DNA from: an uncultured Spirochaetota bacterium | GTDB lineage: Bacteria; Spirochaetota; Spirochaetia; SZUA-6; Fen-1364 | DNA: 45,600 nucleotides | NCBI GenBank assembly: GCA_963845535.1 | Contig: CAWJSK010000010.1 | Span: 1 to 45,600, forward strand | Direction: 5' to 3' | In this document: piece after piece, positions 15,477 to 25,208 of the stretch | Numbering within the stretch: the first letter of the stretch is position 1 | Layout: every line of letters begins with the position of its first letter | Made by a program: the position numbers and the translations under genes | The notes under the pieces: model-generated | What the model saw: the letters and a program-made list of their open reading frames with translations, nothing else | Database searches by the model: none | Told to the model about the DNA's origin: nothing

Positions 15477-16481
15477 ATGCAGCGGGCCATCCCCAGGGCA
15501 AAAGTTACAGAAGCAGTCAATCTACTGAACAAACAGTATCAAGTCGTGGCCGCCATCCCCAAAGGCAAAAGCTTCGTCTTTGCCGCAGTCAGCGAAGCGT
15601 CCCAGGTGACGCTCGACTACCCGACGACAATCCTGCCGCTCAAGAAGTTCTTTCTTCCGCCGTCGGACGTGATTTTCAACTTTGACAGGAAGAGCCAGGC
15701 AGTCACGTTGCCCGTGGCAGAGGCCGGCAGCGCGCCTTCCAAGCCAAGGTTGTTCTTCGGCATCCACAACTATGAGCTGCAAGGTCTCCTGAGGCTCGAC
15801 CATGCTTTTTCCTCGGGAGTGCTGGATGAAACCTGGGTGGAGCGGCGGAAAAACGCGGCTTTCATCGGGGTGACCTATGAGCCTGACGCGGCGCATTTTG
15901 CCGACTCGGTGGGCATCCCCACGCGGATGAAGGACGGGTTCGACGTCTTCCTGACACGCTTCGACGACCACTACCGGGTCGAAGCGCTCACGGACAAAGG
16001 CAAGGACATCGTGGCGGCCATCAAGGGCACGCTCGTTGACTGCGACTGCCCGGGAGACCCCGTGGTGCACTTCAAGAACAAGCTCAAGCAGTCCGTGGCC
16101 GGCATCCGGGAGATTTTCCATGGTGCGTACAACCACCCCGCATGGAAGGAAGCGGCCCGAAAGTGCCACTCCTGCGGGACGTGCAACATCTGCTGCCCCA
16201 CCTGCTACTGCTTCGACGTGGATGACCAGGTGACGCTGGGAACGGACACGGGATCACGGATCCGCCAGTGGGACTCCTGCCAGTTCCTGGACTTCACGAG
16301 GGTGGCGGGCGGAGAGGCATTCCGGGATAAACGGCATGACCGGGTCCGACACCGCATGTCGCGGAAGTTCGCTTATATCACGGACGGGAAAGGGCAGCCG
16401 TTCTGCGTGGGATGCGGAAGATGCGTCCGTCAGTGCACGGCGCAGATCAACATCGTCGACGTGATGAACGCCCTTCTGTAG
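15477..16481 (+). CDS. hydB: Group 3b [NiFe]-hydrogenase beta subunit (4Fe-4S dicluster)
   Basis: CHSCGTCNICCPTCYCF, WDSC, CVGCGRCVRQC; AGGAGG RBS. Confidence 0.88.
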   Translation: MQRAIPRAKVTEAVNLLNKQYQVVAAIPKGKSFVFAAVSEASQVTLDYPTTILPLKKFFLPPSDVIFNFDRKSQAVTLPVAEAGSAPSKPRLFFGIHNYELQGLLRLDHAFSSGVLDETWVERRKNAAFIGVTYEPDAAHFADSVGIPTRMKDGFDVFLTRFDDHYRVEALTDKGKDIVAAIKGTLVDCDCPGDPVVHFKNKLKQSVAGIREIFHGAYNHPAWKEAARKCHSCGTCNICCPTCYCFDVDDQVTLGTDTGSRIRQWDSCQFLDFTRVAGGEAFRDKRHDRVRHRMSRKFAYITDGKGQPFCVGCGRCVRQCTAQINIVDVMNALL

Positions 16482-16492
16482 GAGGTAAGTCG

Positions 16493-17356
16493 ATGCCAGC
16501 AATTACTGCCGCGGCCCGGGCCGCAACGGAAAAGAACATCTACGTTCCTGAAATCGCCGAGCTTGTGCGCGTGGAGAAGATGTCCTCCCTGGAGACGTTC
16601 TTCGAAGTCAGGCTTCCCGGTGGAAGAGACCTGGGGCACACGCCGGGGCAGTTCGTGCAGGTGTCCCTCATGGGCATTGGGGAAGCCCCCATTTCCATCT
16701 GCTCCTCCCCGCTTGCAAAAGGCACATTCCAGCTCGTTGTGCGCGAGGTGGGGAACCTCACCTCCGCGCTGCACGCGCTGAAGGCGGGAGACAAGATCGG
16801 GATCCGCGGGCCGTTTGGAAAAGGATTCGACGTCGAGGACCTTCGGGGAAAAGACGTGATCTTCGTGGGCGCGGGGTTGGGGCTTCCGCCGCTTCGCTCC
16901 CTCATCAACACCATGCTTGATCCCGCCCGGCGCAAAGATTTCGGCCGGGTCATCGTTCTCTACGGAGTCAAGCACCCGTCTGAGTTCCTGTTCAACGAAG
17001 AGAGGAAATCCTGGGAAAGCCGCAAGGACCTGGAATACCACGTCACTGTGGACCGCGCGACGGCCGGCTGGAACGGTCACCTGGGGGTGATCACCACGCT
17101 CATCCCGGAGCTGAAACTGGATGCCGCCAACACGGTGGCTGCCATTTGCGGTCCCCCCGTGGTGTACAAGTTCGCCATCCTCGCGCTCCGTTCCAAAGGG
17201 CTTCGGGATGAGCAGATCTACGTTTCTCTGGAGCGCAAGATGAAATGCGGCGTGGGCAAGTGCGGGCATTGCCAGATCAACAATGTCTACGTCTGCCAGG
17301 AAGGCCCCGTGTTCAACTACGGGAAGATCAAGGACCTCAAGGAGGCCATCCAATGA
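16493..17356 (+). CDS. hydG: Group 3b hydrogenase gamma subunit (FAD/NAD(P)-binding, 2Fe-2S)
   Basis: PGQF, GEAPISI, IRGPFGKGF, GAGLGLPPLRS, CGPPV, SLERKMKCGVGKCGHC, VCQEGPVF. Confidence 0.9.
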   Translation: MPAITAAARAATEKNIYVPEIAELVRVEKMSSLETFFEVRLPGGRDLGHTPGQFVQVSLMGIGEAPISICSSPLAKGTFQLVVREVGNLTSALHALKAGDKIGIRGPFGKGFDVEDLRGKDVIFVGAGLGLPPLRSLINTMLDPARRKDFGRVIVLYGVKHPSEFLFNEERKSWESRKDLEYHVTVDRATAGWNGHLGVITTLIPELKLDAANTVAAICGPPVVYKFAILALRSKGLRDEQIYVSLERKMKCGVGKCGHCQINNVYVCQEGPVFNYGKIKDLKEAIQ

Positions 17357-18108
17357 GCAAGCCGAAGGTGGCCTTTTTCGATTTCACCTCATGCGAAGGT
17401 TGCCAGCTTTCCAAGCTGAACCTGGAAGACGACATCCTGGACATCCTCAACCTCGTGGAGCTGGTCAACTTCCGTGAAGCCATCTCCGACCGTCGTGAGG
17501 ACTACGAGATTGCCTTCATCGAAGGCTCCATCAGCACTCCCCACTGCGTGGAGCGGATCCACAAGATCCGCCGCCAGGCGAAAATCCTCGTTGCCCTGGG
17601 CTCCTGCGCGTACATGGGCGGGATCAACGCCATCCGAAACAGGATGAACATCGACGCGGTGAAGCAGGAAGTCTACGGGGAAGACAAGTACCTCTTCCCG
17701 TCCATCAAGGCGCAGGCTGTCTCTGACGTGGTCAAGGTGGATTACTTCGTGCCGGGCTGTCCCATGGACAACCAGGAGTTCAAGCGTGTCCTTTCCGCGC
17801 TTCTCACGGGAAAGAAGCCGGTCATCCCCGAGCATGCGGTGTGCGTGGAATGCAAGGCAAAAGAGAACGAGTGCCTCTATGATTACGGCACCGTGTGCAT
17901 GGGTCCGGTGACCCGCGCGGGTTGTGACGCCGCTTGCCCTTCCAACGGGAACTACTGCGTCGGATGCCGCGGGGTGGTCCCTGACCTCAACAAGAATGCG
18001 GCGCGGGACGTGATGGAGAAGTACAAGCTCTCCATGCACCAGATCAAAAACAGATTCTACATGTTCAACTCCAACTCTGTGGATCTGGAGGAAAAGCGGG
18101 ATGAGTAA
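17353..18108 (+). CDS. hydD: Group 3b hydrogenase small (delta) subunit
   Basis: SCEGCQ, FIEGSI, GSCA, PGCP, VCVEC, CMGPVTRAGCDAACP, CVGCRG; ATGA overlap. Confidence 0.9.
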   Translation: MSKPKVAFFDFTSCEGCQLSKLNLEDDILDILNLVELVNFREAISDRREDYEIAFIEGSISTPHCVERIHKIRRQAKILVALGSCAYMGGINAIRNRMNIDAVKQEVYGEDKYLFPSIKAQAVSDVVKVDYFVPGCPMDNQEFKRVLSALLTGKKPVIPEHAVCVECKAKENECLYDYGTVCMGPVTRAGCDAACPSNGNYCVGCRGVVPDLNKNAARDVMEKYKLSMHQIKNRFYMFNSNSVDLEEKRDE

Positions 18109-19441
18109 AGCCACTGCAACCGGCGGGCCGCGTATTTCTCTGAACATCGAAGTCCCGTACGTCACGCGCGTGGAAGGCCATGGCAACATCGTCATCGACA
18201 TGCGGGAAGGGAAGTTGATCACCTCCCACCTGGAGGTGGTGGAACCCCCGCGATATTTCGAGGCCATGATCAAGGGCTACTCCTACATGGACATCGCGTT
18301 GATCACTTCGCGCATCTGCGGCATCTGCTCCGTAGGCCATCAGGTGACTTCCCTGAAGGCCACGGAGAAAGCGCTGGGAATCCCCGTGACGGAACAGACC
18401 GTGGCGCTTCGCAAGCTCCTCACCTACGGCGCCACCATGCAGAGCCACGTGCTGCACATCTTCTTCCTTGCCGCCCCTGACCTGCTCGGCGTGCCGTCCG
18501 TTGTGCCGCTGGCGGCAAGCCACCCGGACGTGGTCAAGATGGCGCTTCGCATGAAGAAGCTCTCCAACGACATCTGCGACCGTCTTGGCGGGCGGACCAT
18601 CCATCCCAACCGGCTCGTCCCCGGCGGATTTACAAAGCTGCCCACCATGGCGGACTTGAGATGGATCCGGGACATGCTGGCCAACCAGATGGTGCCGGAC
18701 GCCAAGGCTTCCCTCGAGCTGCTCAAGTCGCTCGCCGGCAAGTTCCCCGCTTTCGAGAGGGAGACTGAGTACGTTGGGCTCCGGGACGCGGGCGAATACG
18801 CCTTCTATGACGGAAAGATCGCCTCTACGGACACGGGGCTGATCCCGGTGGATGACTATCTCAGCGTCACCAACGAGTTCATCGTTCCCCATTCTACAGC
18901 CAAGCATTGCCGCCACGCGCGCTCATCCTACTTCGTCGGGGCCCTGGGCCGGCTGAACAACAACTTCGATCTTCTCAATCCGCTGGCCCGCAGCGTCGCT
19001 GACCAGCTCGGGCTCAAACCCATCGTGAAGAACCCGTTCCTCAACTCCGCCGCCCAGCTTGTGGAGACCGTCCACGTCGTGGAGGAATCCTTGAAGATCC
19101 TGGACCGCCTCCTGGCGCAGGGGATCAAGGATGAGAAGCCCGTGGTGCCGGAAAAGCTCCGGGAAGGCCGCGGCGCGGAAGCCACCGAGGTGCCGCGCGG
19201 AATCCTCTTCCATGACTACACCTACGACAACCGCGGCCAGGTCGTGAAAGCCAACTGCATCATCCCCACCACGCAGAACACCCAATCGATCGATGACGAC
19301 ATGAAGGAACTGGTGCCCTGGATGATCGACAAGGGAATGTCCCCGGAGCAGATGACGTTGACCCTGGAGATGCTCGTGCGCGCCTATGACCCTTGTATCT
19401 CCTGCTCAGTCCACTTCCTGGACGTGGAGTTTCGAAAATGA
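18101..19441 (+). CDS. hydA: Group 3b [NiFe]-hydrogenase large (alpha) subunit
   Basis: TRVEGH, RICGIC (L1), DPCISCSVH (L2) with short C-terminal extension. Confidence 0.95.
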   Translation: MSKATATGGPRISLNIEVPYVTRVEGHGNIVIDMREGKLITSHLEVVEPPRYFEAMIKGYSYMDIALITSRICGICSVGHQVTSLKATEKALGIPVTEQTVALRKLLTYGATMQSHVLHIFFLAAPDLLGVPSVVPLAASHPDVVKMALRMKKLSNDICDRLGGRTIHPNRLVPGGFTKLPTMADLRWIRDMLANQMVPDAKASLELLKSLAGKFPAFERETEYVGLRDAGEYAFYDGKIASTDTGLIPVDDYLSVTNEFIVPHSTAKHCRHARSSYFVGALGRLNNNFDLLNPLARSVADQLGLKPIVKNPFLNSAAQLVETVHVVEESLKILDRLLAQGIKDEKPVVPEKLREGRGAEATEVPRGILFHDYTYDNRGQVVKANCIIPTTQNTQSIDDDMKELVPWMIDKGMSPEQMTLTLEMLVRAYDPCISCSVHFLDVEFRK

Positions 19442-19962
19442 ACGCGCCGGATGCCCAGTCCGCGGTGAGCGAAACCGCGCTCGGCGCGAACGGGGTTAGT
19501 GTCATTGGCCTCGGCAACGTCGAGAAGCGGGATGACGGCGTGGGCGTGCTCGTGGTAGAGGCGCTCAGGGAAGAGCTGGAGGCTGGGGCCTGGACGCCGC
19601 AAAGCGCGCCGTCCCTGGTTTCGGCCGGGACGGACAGCCTCCTCGCCGCTGCGCACGCCGCGGATGGCGGATGGGTCATCCTGGTGGATGCGGCCCGGAT
19701 GGGGCTCCCGCCGGGGGAGTTTCGCATGTTCTCCCCAAGGGATGCCGGCTTTTCCACCCGGGACCCGGGGCTCTCTCCCCATGACGCGGACATGGCGGAA
19801 GCCCTCCGCCTGATGGACTGCCTGGGATGCGCGGGGCGCGTGCGGATCATGGGGATCCAGGGTGAAGACATGGGAGATGGCCGCGGGCTTTCCCGGCAAC
19901 TCCAGGCTCGGCTGCCAGAGATGCAGGCAAGAATCAAAGAGGAGGTTGGACTGCTGCCATGA
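19438..19962 (+). CDS. Hydrogenase maturation endopeptidase
   Basis: IGLGN-x4-DDGVG, ILVDAA, SPHD, MGIQ; ATGA overlap with the large subunit. Confidence 0.88.
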   Translation: MNAPDAQSAVSETALGANGVSVIGLGNVEKRDDGVGVLVVEALREELEAGAWTPQSAPSLVSAGTDSLLAAAHAADGGWVILVDAARMGLPPGEFRMFSPRDAGFSTRDPGLSPHDADMAEALRLMDCLGCAGRVRIMGIQGEDMGDGRGLSRQLQARLPEMQARIKEEVGLLP

Positions 19963-20342
19963 AGAAGATACTCATCGTCGATGACGACAGGGACGTGTTC
20001 GAGTCAATGAAGATCGTGCTCGAGGCGGAAGGATACGGGGTGGATTGGGCAACGAACGGCACGGACGCCATTTCGAAGGCGCGCTCTGCTCGGCCGGACC
20101 TCATGATCCTGGACGTCATGATGAACACGGATGACGAAGGTTTCCAGGTCACATACGCAATGAAGCAGGACCCCCAGCTCTCCTGCATCCCCATTGTCAT
20201 GGTTACAAGCGTGGGAGCGCGCACCGGCTTCTCTTTTAACCGCAAGAAAGACGAGGACTTCCTGCCCGTGAACGAGTTTCTGGAAAAGCCTGTGGACCCG
20301 CGGACGCTCATAGACAAAGTGCGGGAGAACCTGGGAGGCTGA
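19959..20342 (+). CDS. Single-domain response regulator (receiver)
   Basis: KKILIVDDD, PDLMILDVMM, IPIVMVT, FLEKP. Confidence 0.92.
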   Translation: MKKILIVDDDRDVFESMKIVLEAEGYGVDWATNGTDAISKARSARPDLMILDVMMNTDDEGFQVTYAMKQDPQLSCIPIVMVTSVGARTGFSFNRKKDEDFLPVNEFLEKPVDPRTLIDKVRENLGG

Positions 20343-20374
20343 CCCCGCTTCAGCGCGGCGGGCTGTTCCCTATC

Positions 20375-21439
20375 CTACCCTCCCAGAACCGTCTGCTCGA
20401 TCTTCCTCACCTGTTCGCGGTAGAGAGAGACGATTTGGGTGCCGTAGTCCGCAATGAGCTGGATGATGTTCCTGGGCTTTTCCCCGTTGTCATACCCGTT
20501 GATGCGGTCTCCGGCGTCTCCCAGCCCGGGCAGGATGTAGGCTTTCGAGTTCAGGATGGGATCCATCCAGAGCGTGTAGATCTCCGCTGTCTCCAGCGCC
20601 CTCACGATCCTGAGCGCCCCTTTCAGCACGGAGATCACGTTGAAGAACTTGATGGAGCGGGGTTTCACGCCACGGTCCAGGATGTACTTCACAACCGTGA
20701 CAAGGCTCCCGCCCGTGGCGTTCATGGGATCCGCGAAGAACAGGTCCTTGCCGTCAAGCTGCGCCGGATCGAAGTACGAGAGGTCCAGGTTCAGGACGTA
20801 CTCCATGTTGCTCTCCACTTTCGTGTCGTCTCGTGAGATCTTGAAAAGGGCAAACGGCGTGACATATCCGTGGGAAGAGTATTCCTGGATCTCTTTCGAC
20901 ATGATCATGGCGGGGAGAAGCGCCCCGCGGAGCATGACGCACATGACGGAGTTTTCGATCCGGTCATCCACGTCGGGGATCTTGTGCACGGCGTAGTTCT
21001 GGATGGGAAGCGTCACCGGGGTCTTCACGACGATGTGGTTTTTCTTCTTGTCCGCCGTGGAGCCGAAGGCGAAGTTGAAAAGCAGCTCGTACGCGCGCTG
21101 CGTATAATAGAGGAACTCGGGATGCTCCGTGCGGGTATCACGAAGCTTGGCAATGAGCCGTGACACCTCCCCATGCACCTCGCGCGGCGTCTCGAAGGAG
21201 TAGACGTGAACGCGGGGCTCTTTTGCAACGATCTCACGCATGGCGTGTCCAAGCTCGTTGTAAAGCCCGATGAGCTCTTCGGTGGCCTTGTCCTTCTGTT
21301 GCTCGCTCGACATGTCCGAGAGCACCGCGAAACGCTTCAGAACCTTGTCGAAGCGTCCATTCATGTCCTGGATGATTTCCTTGTCCGCGCCGGTCAGATA
21401 CCCGTCCAGATCCTGCGCCTTGAGTATGACTTTTCCCAT
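20375..21439 (-). CDS. upp: Uracil phosphoribosyltransferase with N-terminal extension
   Basis: MLRGAL, DPMNATGGSL (PRPP loop), AYILPGLGDAGDR. Confidence 0.9.
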   Translation of the reverse strand: MGKVILKAQDLDGYLTGADKEIIQDMNGRFDKVLKRFAVLSDMSSEQQKDKATEELIGLYNELGHAMREIVAKEPRVHVYSFETPREVHGEVSRLIAKLRDTRTEHPEFLYYTQRAYELLFNFAFGSTADKKKNHIVVKTPVTLPIQNYAVHKIPDVDDRIENSVMCVMLRGALLPAMIMSKEIQEYSSHGYVTPFALFKISRDDTKVESNMEYVLNLDLSYFDPAQLDGKDLFFADPMNATGGSLVTVVKYILDRGVKPRSIKFFNVISVLKGALRIVRALETAEIYTLWMDPILNSKAYILPGLGDAGDRINGYDNGEKPRNIIQLIADYGTQIVSLYREQVRKIEQTVLGG

Positions 21440-21549
21440 GACCGCCTCCCCGGGGGGACACAGTACACGCTGCGGGGTTAGTGGTCAATGCGACGACGGT
21501 CTCGGGTCTCGACGTGGTCTCGACGGCAATCAGGATGGTGGTCATTGCG

Positions 21550-23883
21550 ATGGGTTCCCGATATTCTTTTTCCGTGCTGCGCAGAAGATTCATTTTCCGG
21601 GGCACGGTCCAGGGTGTCGGCTTCCGCCCCACCGTGTTTCGCGTCGCAACCCGTCTCGGGTTGAGCGGCTTTGTGCAAAACCGCCGCTCGGAAGTGATAG
21701 CGGAGGTCCAGGGCCGGGAGCACGAGGTGGGGTCCTTCCTGGCGCAGCTTCGAGCCGGCCTTCCCAAGGCGGCACGGCTGGAGGAAGTCGGGGAATCCGA
21801 GGTCATGCCGGAAAAGGACGGCAGTGGATTTATCATCCGTGAAAGCGAAGCGGACCGCTACGCCTTTCCGCCTGTTCCTCCGGATCTTCCCCTTTGCGTG
21901 GACTGCGCGCGTGAAATGCTGGACCCCGAAGACCGCCGGTACCTTTACCCGTTCATCACGTGCACGCAGTGCGGCCCGCGCTACTCGATCGTCGAAAAGA
22001 CGCCGTTTGACAGGGAAAACACCTCCATGCGCTCGTTCGAGCAGTGCCCCGAATGCGCCCGCGAGTACTCGGACCCGTTGGACCGGCGCTTTCACTCCCA
22101 GACGAACTCCTGCCCCCAGTGCGGCCCGCGGCTTTCCTGCGTGGACGCCACCGGCGCCCCGTTGGAGGGGGATCCCGTCGAGCGCGCCATCAGCGCGCTT
22201 GGGGAGGGAAGGATTGTGGCCCTTCAGGGGATTGGGGGGTTCCACCTCGCGGCTGATCCCTCATCGAGCGCCGCGATGTACAAGCTCCGCTTCGCAAAAG
22301 AGCGGGAGCGAAAACCGTTCGCGCTGATGGCGCGCGGCCTGGAGGAGGCGGAAGCGCTCTGCATCCTGGACGCTCGGGACAAAGAGCTTCTGCTCAGCGC
22401 GGAGAGCCCCATCGTCATTGCCCCTCGAAGGCCTGATGCTCCGGAATGGCTTCGGAGGGTTTCCGACACAGAGACCCTCGGCATCATGCTGCCCTACACG
22501 CCGCTTCATGCGCTCCTGTTCCTCCATCCGTTGCATCCAGCTCCTTACCGGCATCTCGTCATGACCTCCGGTAACATGGCGAGCGAGCCCATCATCACGG
22601 ACCCGCGGGAGGCCCGGCAAAGGCTCGCTGGAGTGGCGGACCTCTTCCTTGTCCATGACCGGCGGATAATCTTTCGAACTGACGACTCGGTAGTGAGAGC
22701 CGGCAGGTCTTCCGGAACCTTCCTCATGCGCAGGTCGCGCGGCTACGTCCCGCGGCTGGTCAGGCTCTCCTCCGAGGTGAAAGGGATCATTCTCGGTCTT
22801 GGCGGAGACTTGAAGAGCGCACCATCCCTTGCCAGGGACCGGGACATACACCTTTGCCCTTACAACGGTGACCTCGATGATCCTGAAACACTGGCGCAGT
22901 TCGATGCAACCATCGCGCAGACGCTTTCCCTGTACGGGGTGATTCCTGATCTCATCGTGCGGGACATGCATCCGCTGTACCATTCGAGCGCCTGGGCCGT
23001 CGGCCCCCGGCCCGCCGCGCTTACCGGCGGCGCGCTGGTCCGCGGAGTTGCAATCCAGCACCATTTCGCGCACGCGCTTTCTGTCATGGCAGAGCATGGC
23101 CTGGAGGAAACGCTGGCGCTGTCATTCGACGGCACCGGCTATGGCACCGATGGCACCATCTGGGGGGGCGAGTTCCTCCATGCTACCCGGGAAGGCTTCA
23201 CGAGACTGGGCAGCTTTGCCCCGTTTGGGCTTCCCGGCGGGGAGGCTGCCGTGCTGCATCCGGCGAGGATCGCGCTGGCAATCCTGGGACCTTCCGGCGC
23301 GCCGGGAATCCCCGGCCTGTCAGGCACGCAATCGCAGATGCTTCTGGCCATGCTCGAAAGAAAGGTCAATTGCCCGACCTCAACCTCCCTGGGGCGCATT
23401 TTCGACGCCGCCGCGGCCATCCTTGGTCTTGTTGAGACGGTGAGCTACGAAGGGGAAGGACCAATCAGGTTGGAAGGTCTTGCCGCGCGGGTTGTCCTTT
23501 CCATGAAGGAGCCGGATCCCCCGCCTGTCGGGGAGCTCCTCCCCTTCCTTGCTTCCCCTGATGAGGAACGGCGTTTCGTGGTGGACCCCCGGCCCCTCCT
23601 TGCTTACCTCCTGGAGCATGGAGGCGCCCGGCCGGCCGGTGAGCTTGCCCTGCTCTTCCATAAATTCATCGCGGCGGCATCCGTTGAGGGCGCGCGGCGG
23701 ATGGCCGAAGTCACGGGAATCCGTCGCATCGCGCTCTCCGGAGGGGTCTTCCAGAACCTGCTCCTTCGAGAGCTTCTCATTCCCCTCTTGATACATTCCG
23801 GTTTTGAGGTTTTCCTGAACGAGAGAGTGCCGCCGGGAGATGGCGGGCTTTCGGTAGGACAGGTATGGTACAAATACGGGTAA
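21550..23883 (+). CDS. hypF: Carbamoyltransferase HypF
   Basis: GTVQGVGFRP, two CxxC-x18-CxxC fingers, GIGGFHL, RRSRGYVP, QHHFAH, DGTGYGTDG, PPGDGGLSVGQ; start uncertain (21481-21550). Confidence 0.95.
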   Translation: MGSRYSFSVLRRRFIFRGTVQGVGFRPTVFRVATRLGLSGFVQNRRSEVIAEVQGREHEVGSFLAQLRAGLPKAARLEEVGESEVMPEKDGSGFIIRESEADRYAFPPVPPDLPLCVDCAREMLDPEDRRYLYPFITCTQCGPRYSIVEKTPFDRENTSMRSFEQCPECAREYSDPLDRRFHSQTNSCPQCGPRLSCVDATGAPLEGDPVERAISALGEGRIVALQGIGGFHLAADPSSSAAMYKLRFAKERERKPFALMARGLEEAEALCILDARDKELLLSAESPIVIAPRRPDAPEWLRRVSDTETLGIMLPYTPLHALLFLHPLHPAPYRHLVMTSGNMASEPIITDPREARQRLAGVADLFLVHDRRIIFRTDDSVVRAGRSSGTFLMRRSRGYVPRLVRLSSEVKGIILGLGGDLKSAPSLARDRDIHLCPYNGDLDDPETLAQFDATIAQTLSLYGVIPDLIVRDMHPLYHSSAWAVGPRPAALTGGALVRGVAIQHHFAHALSVMAEHGLEETLALSFDGTGYGTDGTIWGGEFLHATREGFTRLGSFAPFGLPGGEAAVLHPARIALAILGPSGAPGIPGLSGTQSQMLLAMLERKVNCPTSTSLGRIFDAAAAILGLVETVSYEGEGPIRLEGLAARVVLSMKEPDPPPVGELLPFLASPDEERRFVVDPRPLLAYLLEHGGARPAGELALLFHKFIAAASVEGARRMAEVTGIRRIALSGGVFQNLLLRELLIPLLIHSGFEVFLNERVPPGDGGLSVGQVWYKYG

Positions 23884-23894
23884 GAGGTGAGCAT

Positions 23895-24125
23895 ATGTGT
23901 CTTGCGACACCCATGAAGATTGAGAAAATCCTGGACGGAAAGAAGGCTGTTGTCTCGCAGGGAACAGTCAGCGTCCAGGTCGACGTGTCGCTCCTGGAAA
24001 ATCCCCAGCCGGGAGATCACGTGATTGTCCACGCCGGGTTCGCCATCGAAACCCTGAGCCTCGCGGAGGCCGAGGAACGGCTCGAGCTGTTTCGCAGGAT
24101 GGCGGAGCTGAGCGGGGACGCCTGA
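23895..24125 (+). CDS. hypC: HypC/HybG chaperone
   Basis: MCLATP...GDHVIVHAGFAI. Confidence 0.95.
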   Translation: MCLATPMKIEKILDGKKAVVSQGTVSVQVDVSLLENPQPGDHVIVHAGFAIETLSLAEAEERLELFRRMAELSGDA

Positions 24126-24128
24126 GGG

Positions 24129-25208
24129 ATGAGCAATGAAAAGCAGGTGGCCGCGGAGCTGGTTTCCGAGATAGAAAAAACCACGCGCCGCATTGGCCGG
24201 CAGGTTTCGCTCATGGAAGTGTGCGGCACGCACACAGTCGAGCTGCGACGCCAGGCCATACATTCGCTTTTGCCGGCGGAGATATCCCTGATCTCGGGCC
24301 CGGGCTGCCCCGTGTGCGTGACCCCGGCAGGGTACGTGGACAATGCGCTTTCCCTTGCGGAGTCAGGGCAGGCGGTCATTGCCACTTTCGGGGACATGCT
24401 GAAGGTCCCCGGCGCGGATGGGCGGGCGCTCAGCTCCCTCTCGGGCCGGGGCCTCGTGAAGGTTGTCTACTCCCCCACGGAGCTGACTGATTTCGCCCGC
24501 GCGTCGTCACTGCCAGTGGTGTTCCTGGCCGTGGGATTCGAGACGACAATCCCCACGGTGGTGTCCGCGCTCCTCCAGGCGCGGGAGGCGGGCGTCAAGA
24601 ACCTCCTCCTTTACACCGCGTTCAAGACCGTCCCGCGCGCGCTCCGCTTCCTTCTCTCCGGCCCCGACCACGGCATTGACGGTTTCATCCTGCCCGGGCA
24701 CGTGTCGGTCATCATCGGCGAAATGGCCTACGCATTTCTCACCTCCGCGGACGGCAGGCCCGGAGTCATCACGGGCTTCGAGCCGCTCGACATGCTCCTG
24801 GGCATCCTGATGCTCGTACGGCAGATCGACAAAGGGGAGCGGCGCGTGGAGAATGCGTATTCTCGCGCGGTAAAGCCCGAAGGGAACCCCCGGGCGCTTG
24901 CTCTCATGGAGAAAAACCTGGAGATCAGGAACGACGTCTGGCGTGGCCTGGGGGTCATCCCCGGCGCCGGGCTCGGGCTTCGTCCCGAGCTGGCATCCAT
25001 GGACGCTGAAAAGGCATTCGCTCTTCCCCCCGCTCGGGACGCCGAAGCGCCAGGCTGCATTTGCTCGCGCGTGATTGCCGGCAAGTCCATCCCGCCCCAG
25101 TGCGCGCTGTTTGGCCGGCGCTGCACCCCGGATGATCCGGTAGGGCCGTGCATGGTCTCATCAGAGGGCACCTGCGCAGCCTACTTCCGCTACGGTGCTC
25201 AAAGATGA
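24129..25208 (+). CDS. hypD: HypD
   Basis: MEVCGTHT, GPGCPVC, GFETT, PGHVS, GPCMVSSEGTCAA. Confidence 0.96.
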   Translation: MSNEKQVAAELVSEIEKTTRRIGRQVSLMEVCGTHTVELRRQAIHSLLPAEISLISGPGCPVCVTPAGYVDNALSLAESGQAVIATFGDMLKVPGADGRALSSLSGRGLVKVVYSPTELTDFARASSLPVVFLAVGFETTIPTVVSALLQAREAGVKNLLLYTAFKTVPRALRFLLSGPDHGIDGFILPGHVSVIIGEMAYAFLTSADGRPGVITGFEPLDMLLGILMLVRQIDKGERRVENAYSRAVKPEGNPRALALMEKNLEIRNDVWRGLGVIPGAGLGLRPELASMDAEKAFALPPARDAEAPGCICSRVIAGKSIPPQCALFGRRCTPDDPVGPCMVSSEGTCAAYFRYGAQR